Below, in pieces: positions 1 through 6,137 of a stretch of DNA of 6,756 nt. Origin of the DNA: Octopus sinensis (Eukaryota); the NCBI RefSeq assembly GCF_006345805.1, contig NW_021829176.1, positions 1 to 6,756 on the forward strand, in the 5' to 3' direction. How positions within the stretch are numbered: position 1 is the stretch's first letter; each line of letters opens with the position of its first letter. Below the pieces are notes generated by a model that was given only the letters and a program-made list of their open reading frames with translations, searched no databases and was not told where the DNA came from. A program made the position numbers and the translations under genes.

Positions 1-54
1 ATTCCTTTGAACTAGGTTTGTAGGTCAAAATAATTATTTCTTTGTGGGAGTGTT

Positions 55-726
55 TATATATATATATGTGTGTATGCATGTATGTGTGTGTGTATGTGCA
101 TGCATGTATGTATGTATGAATGTATGCATGTATGTGTGTATGTATGTATGTGTGTATGTATGTATGTATGTATATATATCATGTCGGTCTATTTATATTT
201 TCTTGTTTGGAGGGAAAGCGGAGAGGCGTGTGACTTTTATACAGATGTGTATTTGGTGTGTGTATGTGTGTGTCTGTATACGTGTGTGTCTGGTGTGTGT
301 GTGCGTGCGCGCGTTTGTGTGTGTGCGTGCGCGTATGATTGTGTGTTTGTGTGAATGTGTATTTGTGCGTGTGTGATTGTGTGTGCGTATGTGTGCTTGT
401 GTGCGTGTGTGTATGTGTGTGATTGTGTGTGTGCATGTGTGTGTGCTTGTGCTTGTGCATGTGTGTGTGTGTGCGTGTGTGTATGCTTGTGTGTTTGCGT
501 GAATGTGTTTGTGCGTGTGTGACTGTGTGTGTGTGTGTATGCGCGTGTATGTGTGTTTGTGCGTGTGTTTGCGTGTGTGCATGTGTGTGTGTATGCTTGT
601 GTGTTTGTGTGTATATGTATGCTTGTGTGTGTGTATGTATGTATGTATGTAGGTATGTGTGTGTTTGTGTGCGTGTGTCTGTCTGTGTGTGTGCGTGTGT
701 GTATGTGTGCGTGTGTGCGTGTGTGT
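55..726. repeat. Compound (TG)n/(TATG)n/(TGCG)n microsatellite block, interrupted by unique sequence at about 177-256
   Basis: Directly visible. It generates the spurious VCVC/HTHT ORFs in the track. Confidence 0.98.
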
Positions 727-782
727 TTCCTTCTGAAAGCGGTTTTCCTAAAAAAATTAAGCTTTGGTAGTTCCGTCGTCGC

Positions 783-891
783 TCTCCATCCTCTTTTCCA
801 TTTCTATCAACCCCCCACCTCCATCCCTCCATCCCTTTCGCACCCTCCTTCTTCCCACTCTACCTCACTGCTCCACCCATGCCCTTCCATC
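783..891. repeat. C/T-rich low-complexity tract
   Basis: Almost purely pyrimidine with scattered A; CTCCATCC recurs three times. Confidence 0.8.
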
Positions 892-1005
892 AAAAAATCA
901 AATAATGAAATTATAGAAAAATGGAATTATAACCTTCTCTCTATTCTGTCGTTGTAGTTTCGCTTTCCAGCGAAGGTAGTTTTGGTAACAGTGCGTGGAC
1001 GGAAC

Positions 1006-1082
1006 GGCAGAATCGGTGGTGCGTCGAACAAAAGTACATCTTTTACTTGCGACAGCTTTTAGGTGCCGCGTTTAGATCCTGC
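1006..1082 (+). mobile_element. Old, diverged family-1 SINE head (A-box and B-box region)
   Basis: 1006-1033 GGCAGAATCGGTGGTGCGTCGAACAAAA matches the young copy GGCAGAATCGTTAGCACGCCGGGCGAAA at 20/28, with 7 of 8 mismatches being transitions. B-box-like GCGTTTAGATCCTGC (1068-1082) lies 62 nt downstream, versus 61 nt in the copy at 3781. Confidence 0.55.
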
Positions 1083-1195
1083 TTCTAGGCTTAATAAAGT
1101 GAGAAGCAGTGAGAAATTACTGGTAAAAGAAGAGGGCCGCTTAGGATTTTGTCTTATGCGGCGCTAACGGTTCTCCCAAATCGCTGGCTTAATAC

Positions 1196-1223
1196 AATAA
1201 TAGTAATTATTATTATTATTATT
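1196..1223. repeat. Short (TAA)/(TAT)n microsatellite
   Basis: Directly visible. Confidence 0.85.
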
Positions 1224-1230
1224 TCAAAAT

Positions 1231-1376
1231 TACATCGACCTCAGTATTCAGCTGGTACTTATTTTTTCGACCCCCGAAAGGATGAAAGGCAAAGTCGACC
1301 TCGCCGGAATTTGCATTCGGAACGTAGCGATGGGCGAAATACCGCTAAGCATTTCGTCCAGAGTGCTAACGATTCT
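1231..1376 (-). mobile_element. Family-1 SINE, second unit of a head-to-tail dimer (starts at AGAATCGTTAGC, lacks the 3' tail)
   Basis: The reverse complement aligns to the copies at 2622 and 3781 from the A-box region through GGTCGATGTA. Confidence 0.95.
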
Positions 1377-1597
1377 TATTTCTTTATTGCCCACAAGTGG
1401 CAAAACATAGAGACGACAAACAAAAACAGACAAAGGGATTAAGTCGATTTCATCGACCCCAGTGCATAACTGGTACTTAATTTATCGACCCCTAAAGGAT
1501 GAAAGGCAAAGTCGACCTCGGCAGAATTTGAACTTAGAACGTAACGGATTTGAACTCAGAACAGAGCATGCTAACGATTCTGCCAGCTCGCTGCCTT
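1372..1597 (-). mobile_element. Family-1 SINE with tail type A ending ...AAAGAAATAAGAA(T), and a rearranged head with a duplicated B box
   Basis: Minus strand starts AAGGCAGCGAGCTGGCAGAATCGTTAGC. A 15-bp direct repeat ATTTGAACT(T/C)AGAAC sits at 1526-1540 and 1548-1562. Confidence 0.95.

Positions 1598-1599
<2 letters not shown>

Positions 1600-1656
<57 letters not shown>
1600..1656 (-). repeat. (TAA)19 microsatellite, probably the (TTA)n 3' tail of the SINE at 1657-1800
   Basis: Perfect 57-bp repeat directly abutting the 3' end of the minus-strand SINE. Confidence 0.95.
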
Positions 1657-1657
<1 letters not shown>

Positions 1658-1800
1658 GGTACAAAACCTGGAATTTGTGTGGAGTGGGTAAATCGATTAT
1701 AACGACCCCAGTGTTTCACCGGTACTTAATTTATTGACCCCGAAAAACGCCGCTAAGCATTTCGCCCGGCGTGCTAACATTTCTGCCAGCTCGCCGCCTT
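1657..1800 (-). mobile_element. Family-1 SINE with tail type B and an internal deletion of about 60 nt that removes the B box
   Basis: The head AAGGCGGCGAGCTGGCAGAAATGTTAGCACGCCGGGCGAAATGCTTAGCGG joins directly to TTTCGGGGTCAATAAATTAAGTACC. The tail ...CACAAATTCCAGGTTTTGTACC differs from tail A. Confidence 0.93.
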
Positions 1801-2073
1801 ATTGCCGCACTTGATAAATCGAGAACACAACTCAGCTTTCGCCATGCAAATCACGGACAATGCTTCCACAAGATTCGTCGGTCTCACATCTTGAAGATAA
1901 ATAATGGCTGACCAACCCACAGTTATGTCGACCCCCAACAACACAAAGTGCCCTTTCTTACTATAACTGAAAGCAAGCAGGAAAATGTTTGCTTTTCTCT
2001 GTCTTCCTCTCTCTTGACCTCTTACTCGCTTGTTTTGTCCCTCTTGTTTTTGAACTGTCTGCTTAATCTCCAG

Positions 2074-2193
2074 CGATATGTTGGCGACCGCCGACTTCTT
2101 AAAACCCAAAGCAAGCCCTGAGGTCATAACCAGTCGACAATGGACGAACCAATGGGCTTTCATCTTTTTCACGTCACACCTAGATCAGTTGTC
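2074..2193 (+). other. Candidate 120-nt internal exon (unconfirmed)
   Basis: Pyrimidine tract at 1991-2070, CTTAAT branch-like motif, CCAG acceptor at 2070-2073, and GTC|GTAAGG donor at 2194. One frame is open (DMLATADFLKPKASPEVITSRQWTNQWAFIFFTSHLDQL). I do not recognise the peptide. Confidence 0.25.
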
Positions 2194-2592
2194 GTAAGGT
2201 TCATACGTAATGACATTGTTACTGAAATACGAAATTAATGAACGTAGAAGACAATTGCGCATGTTATAACTATTGAAATATTCCGTACAATATAAGAGAA
2301 ATGAGATAAAAGACGTTTGGTATGTGTCACAGCGCCATTTTGTTATGTTCTCACTCCCCACTAACTCTAGAAACTGGCTGTTCTCTGCCTTTCTCTCTCT
2401 CTCTTGATCTCCCCTTTTGTTTTTCGTTGTCCTTTTTTTCACGCCCTCTCCTAAAAAAAAAAACAGGAAAGCCATTATTTGTCTGCTTTTCCTTCTTTAC
2501 TCGCAAAGCAAACAGGAACTGTCTCTACTTACACTTTATAGATAATATCGATTGATTACAATTTATGTTAAGAAATAGAATGAGAAATGCAA

Positions 2593-2621
2593 TGTGTGTG
2601 TGTGTGTGTGTGTGTATGTGT
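2593..2621. repeat. (TG)n microsatellite, left flank of the SINE trimer
   Basis: Directly visible. Confidence 0.97.
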
Positions 2622-3176
2622 AAGGTGGCGAGCTGGCAGAATCGTTAGCACGCCGGGCGAAATGCTTAGCGGTATTTTGCCTGCCGTTACGTTCTGAGTT
2701 CACATTCCGCCGAGGTCGACTTTGCCTTTCATCCTTTCGGGGTCGATAAATTAAGTACCAGTTACGCACTGGGGTCGATATAATCGACTTAATCCGTTTG
2801 TCTGTCCTTGTTTGTCCTCTCTGTGTTTAGCCTCTTGTGGGTAGTAAATAAATAGGTATTTCGTCTGCCGCTACGTTCTGAGTTCAAATTCAGCCGAGGT
2901 CAACTTTGCCTTTCATCCTTTCGGGGTCGATTAAATTAAGTACCAGTTACGCACTGGGGTCGATATAATCGACTTAATCCGTTTGTCTGTCCTTGTTTGT
3001 CCTCTCTGGGTTTATCCCCTTGTGGGTAGTAAAGAAATAGGTATTTCGTCTGCCGCTACGTTCTGATTTCAAATTCCGCCGAGGTCAACTTTGCCTTTCA
3101 TCCTTTCGGAGTCGATAAATTAAGTACCAGTTGGGGTCGATCTAATAGACTGGCTACCCTCTCAAAAATTTCGTGC

Positions 3177-3178
<2 letters not shown>
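2622..3178 (+). mobile_element. Family-1 SINE trimer: one head followed by units with tail A, tail A, tail B (period 184/185 bp)
   Basis: GGTATT recurs at 2671, 2855 and 3040. Units 2 and 3 lack the first ~50 nt of the head. Unit 3 ends in the B-type tail (GACTGGCTACCCTCTCAAAAATTTCGTGCC). Confidence 0.96.

Positions 3179-3228
<50 letters not shown>
3179..3228. repeat. (TG)25 perfect microsatellite
   Basis: Directly visible. Confidence 0.99.
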
Positions 3229-3229
<1 letters not shown>

Positions 3230-3305
3230 CGATTACAATGAGGATAGTAAACATTATCAATAATTAATTTTATATTACACAATTATTATATATCCTGGGA
3301 AAAGG

Positions 3306-3377
3306 GACTGATAGAGTAAGAACTGGGGGTCGATTTGTTCGACTAAAACTCTTCAAGGCAGTATTCCAGCATGGCCG
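3306..3377 (+). mobile_element. 3' fragment (tail type C) of family-2 SINE
   Basis: CTGGGGGTCGATTTGTTCGACTAAAACTCTTCAAGGCAGTATTCCAGCATGGCCG is homologous to 6687-6733 within the window. It matches my recollection of the octopus SINE tail ...AGGCGGTGCTCCAGCATGGCCGCAGTC. Confidence 0.8.
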
Positions 3378-3451
<74 letters not shown>

Positions 3452-3470
3452 CATGTATGTATCTATATAT
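3378..3470. repeat. (TA)8(TG)23(TATG)n compound microsatellite
   Basis: Directly visible. Confidence 0.97.
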
Positions 3471-3471
3471 A

Positions 3472-3636
3472 GGCGCAGGAGTGGCTGTGTGGTAAGAAGC
3501 TTGCTTATCAACCACACGGTTCCAGTTTCAGTCCCACTTCGTAGCACCTTGGACAAGTGTCTTCTACTATAGCCTAGGGCCGACCAAATCCTTGTGAATG
3601 GATTTGGTAGACGGAAACTGAAAGAAGACCGTCGTA
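3472..3636 (+). mobile_element. 5' half of a family-2 tRNA-derived SINE with a CORE-like segment
   Basis: A-box-like TGGCTGTGTGG and B-box-like GTTTCAGTCCC. ACCTTGGACAAGT resembles the start of the CORE/MIR domain (ACCTTGGGCAAGT). Octopus OR1/OR2 SINEs are known CORE-SINEs, but I cannot verify the exact family name. Confidence 0.85.
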
Positions 3637-3696
3637 CACACACACACACACACACACACATGCAAACATACACACATAATATATATATATATATAT
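3637..3696. repeat. (CA)12 ... (AT)9 compound microsatellite
   Basis: Directly visible. Confidence 0.96.
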
Positions 3697-3780
3697 GAGC
3701 AACTATATGAAAGCATTATTACTGTTTATAACTGTAATAATGAGGTGGTTAGCAAGACTTCTACCTAAACAGGTATAATA

Positions 3781-4017
3781 AGGCGGCGAGCTGGCAGAAA
3801 CGTTAGCACGCCGGGCGAAATGCGTAGCCGTATTTCAACCGCCGTTACGTTCTGAGTTCAAATTCCGCCGAGGTCGACTTTGCCTTTCATCCTTTCGGGG
3901 TCGATAAATTAAGTACAAGTTACGCACTGGGGTCGATATAATCGACTTAATCCGTCTGTCTGTCCTAGTTTGTCCCCTCTGTGTTTAGCCCCTTGTGGGT
4001 AGTAAAGAAATAGGTAT
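3781..4017 (+). mobile_element. Full-length family-1 SINE monomer (tail A) with a 10-bp TSD AGGTATAATA
   Basis: TSD at 3771-3780 and 4012-4021. A-box-like TGGCAGAAACG and B-box-like GAGTTCAAATTCC are present. The central GCCTTTCATCCTTTCGGGGTCGATAAATTAAGTAC resembles, from memory, the Meta/MESC SINE domain. Confidence 0.97.
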
Positions 4018-4109
4018 AATATGAAATATTTGAATAAAAGAAGAGTAAAAACACCGCTTGCGAAAGATGAAAGCGAAAAGCTTCAAAAACCACCAATCCT
4101 ACGATAAAT

Positions 4110-4162
4110 ACACACACACACACGAGGAATGCAATGAACACTTCAAAAAAAAAAAAAAAAAA
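4110..4162. repeat. Short (AC)7 repeat (4110-4123) and A18 run (4145-4162) in the spacer between the inverted SINEs
   Basis: Directly visible. Confidence 0.9.
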
Positions 4163-4198
4163 GGCCTAGCTTCAGGATGGAACCCGAAGACAGCCCAC

Positions 4199-4417
4199 AT
4201 ACCTATTTCTTTACTACCCACAAGGGGCTAAACACAGAGGGGACAAACAAGGACAGAGATAGGTATTAAGTCGATTACATCGACTTAATTAATCGACGCC
4301 GAAAGGATGAAAGGCAAAGTCGACCTCGGCGGAATTTGAACTCAGAACGTAACGGCAGACGAAATACGGCTACGCAATTCGTCCGACGTGCTAACGTTTC
4401 TGCCAGCTCGCCGCCTT
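4199..4417 (-). mobile_element. Family-1 SINE monomer (tail A) with a 19-nt internal deletion and a 14-bp TSD ACAGCCCACATACC
   Basis: TSD at 4190-4203 and 4420-4433. It shares subfamily-diagnostic bases with the 3781 copy (GAAACGTT, TGCGTAGCCGTATT, GTCCCCTCTG). Confidence 0.97.
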
Positions 4418-4598
4418 AAACAGCCCACATACCCCAAATCTATTTCCAAAATATTTACCACGTCAACGCGTGTGCGTTTCGAACTTTACACGTACCCATA
4501 CACGTAACTCACAAGCATACAGGCACTTGCGCGCGCACATTATTATTAATCTTTCGTTTAATCCATATAAGTGACGTTTTATTTCCATTTGATCGCTG

Positions 4599-4722
4599 CC
4601 CCCCCCCCCCCACCACCGCCACCGCCACCGCTTTTTCTTATCCTTTTTTTTTTATCGTATTCATTTCTTTTCTATATATATGGTTTTTCTTTTCTTTTGT
4701 TTTTTTTTTCTTCATCTTCTCC
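4599..4722. repeat. C13 run plus CCA/CCG triplets, followed by a T-rich polypyrimidine tract of about 90 nt
   Basis: Directly visible. Confidence 0.88.
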
Positions 4723-4803
4723 ATGTTCCAATTACCTTTTATGCTATCTGATGTGTTTATTGTGCGTGTTCAGTGAACGAAGCCACATTCTGACATGGAG
4801 TAT

Positions 4804-5358
4804 GCACACACACACACACACACAACACACACACACACACACACACACATACAGACACATATACACACGTCCACACGCATACATATGCACACGCACGCAC
4901 ATACACACACATATATTCACACACACATGTCCACACACATATGCACACACACACACATGTCCACACACATATGCACACACACACACACGCACACACACAC
5001 ACACGTCCACACACATGCACACACTTACATACATACACATATGCTCACACACACGCACACAAGCACACACATACACATACGTCCACACACATGTACACAA
5101 ACACACACATAGACACACATATACTCACACCCACACACGTCCACATACACATACACACACATATTCACACACACACATGTACAAGCGCACACGTTCATAC
5201 ACACACACACTCACGCATGCACACACACATACACACACATATATTCACACATATACTCACACACACATTCACACAACACACACCTCCACACAGACACACA
5301 CACATTTACTCACACACACGCACACACCCATGCACACACACACACAAACACACACACT
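4804..5358. repeat. Compound (CA)n/(CATA)n/(CACG)n microsatellite block
   Basis: Directly visible. It contains a perfect 30-bp tandem duplication at 4921-4980. Confidence 0.98.
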
Positions 5359-5462
5359 TCAATGAACACAATAATGGGACATTGATAATCACCGCATTCA
5401 ATCAACGATCACAGGAACATTCTCTCAGAACAATATATAAACTAATTCATGTCAGACCAACC

Positions 5463-5933
5463 CAATGTTCCGCAAACCCTTTTTTCACTTAAGGTACACC
5501 TACATTCTTTTCGAAATTCGGCGGCACACCTGAACTAGAAATATAACTAAAAGTACAGCGGGGTGGGAATTATATTTAGGTTACACTGCGGCACATCTAG
5601 CATCGTCTAGTGCAGTGGTTCCCATACGTTTTCGGGCTACTGCCCCCTTGACACCCAGACCACATTCCTAGTGCCCCTACCCCAAGTAACCGTCACAAGC
5701 AGAGACCTTTTTCTGAAGCAAATTCAAAGCAACTTTATTTCACAAAAGCTTAACCTAACGAACCCATTATTTCGTTGTTTTTACATAAATCGCTACCCTC
5801 ATTGTCACCCCACTTTTCTTCAACGCCCCCAATCGAACTTCCTCCCCCCCCCAGGGGGAAATACTGCCCACTTTGGGAACCACTAGTCTAGTGGCACATC
5901 AGCGTGCCACGGCATACCGGTTGCAGAGTACTG
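5463..5933. mobile_element. Older hAT-like non-autonomous element (about 190 bp once the nested insert is removed)
   Basis: Imperfect TIRs CAATGTTCCGCAAAC (5463-5477) and the reverse complement of 5919-5933, CAGTACTCTGCAACC, match at 10/15. G(C/T)GGCACA motifs recur at 5521, 5588 and 5891. No TSD was found (GACCAACC versus GTTTAATA). Confidence 0.55.
5613..5885. mobile_element. hAT (Charlie-like) MITE, 273 bp
   Basis: TIRs CAGTGGTTCCCA (5613-5624) and TGGGAACCACTA (5874-5885) match at 11/12. A perfect 8-bp TSD GTCTAGTG sits at 5605-5612 and 5886-5893. The 8-bp TSD and TCTAG target core are established features of hAT/Charlie elements. Confidence 0.93.
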
Positions 5934-6087
5934 GTTTAATAGGTGTGCCAAAATCGTCGAAACGGGTGATCAAACTTCCAAGAGCACCAATTACTATTGG
6001 TATCCCGTCTACTCTCTTCATTGACCACAACCATCGTATTTCCCACTTCAAATCGTCATAGTTATTTATTTTCGCTTCATCTTTCAC
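5934..6087 (-). mobile_element. Non-LTR retrotransposon fragment, R4/Dong-like restriction-like endonuclease (RLE) C-terminus
   Basis: The translation KINNYDDLKWEIRWLWSMKRVDGIPIVIGALG fits the K..KY..L..EI.RLW....V.VIPIVIGALG motif of R4/Dong-type ORF ends. Similarity stops at the hAT TIR (5933). Confidence 0.8.
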
Positions 6088-6099
6088 TATTTATTTGTT

Positions 6100-6137
6100 G
6101 ACGTCACTGGTTTCGGCCTTTTTTTAGGTCTCGTCTG
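6100..6137 (-). ncRNA. Degenerate, probably inactive, minimal hammerhead-ribozyme-like motif
   Basis: Minus strand reads CAGACGA-GACC-UAAAAAAA-GGCC-GAAAC-CA-GUG. The canonical core is CUGANGA, stem II, GAAA, then NUH. Defects: U4>A, one stem II mismatch, H17=G, and no stem I pairing found. Confidence 0.45.

Noticed and set aside
44-957. Overlapping ORFs of 94-217 aa rich in VC/CV or HT/TH
   Set aside because: These are translations of (TG)n/(CA)n repeats, which lack stop codons; there is no domain signal. They are not His-rich or Cys-rich metal-binding proteins.
971-1098. Possible exon after TTTCCAG| at 970, with donors at 976, 985 or 1099
   Set aside because: Donors are weak, the longest open frame stops at about 1087, and most of the segment is better explained as an old SINE head.
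1149-1719. Short ORFs including a shared RKDERQSRPRRN peptide (also in 2563-2769) and a poly-Leu ORF
   Set aside because: The shared peptide is the antisense reading of the SINE body, and poly-Leu is the (TAA)n tail.
2527-2532. Minus-strand GTAAGT donor
   Set aside because: No matching acceptor or plausible exon lies upstream on that strand.
2622-3178. Regularly spaced repeats resembling a CRISPR array or a retrozyme
   Set aside because: Units are contiguous 184-185-bp SINE copies with no unique spacers. I found no CUGANGA/GAAA hammerhead core in the unit.
3472-3545. tRNA gene
   Set aside because: It has A/B-box-like motifs but no convincing cloverleaf, and it continues into SINE body sequence. 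The same applies to the family-1 heads.
4571-5492. ORFs of 264 aa and 183 aa, and their antisense ORFs
   Set aside because: They are built from a C-run (poly-Pro), a T-tract (poly-Phe) and the CA microsatellite.
5899-6087. The 62-aa ORF as an intact small gene
   Set aside because: It is a chimera: the R4/Dong-like fragment up to 5934 plus read-through into the hAT terminal sequence.
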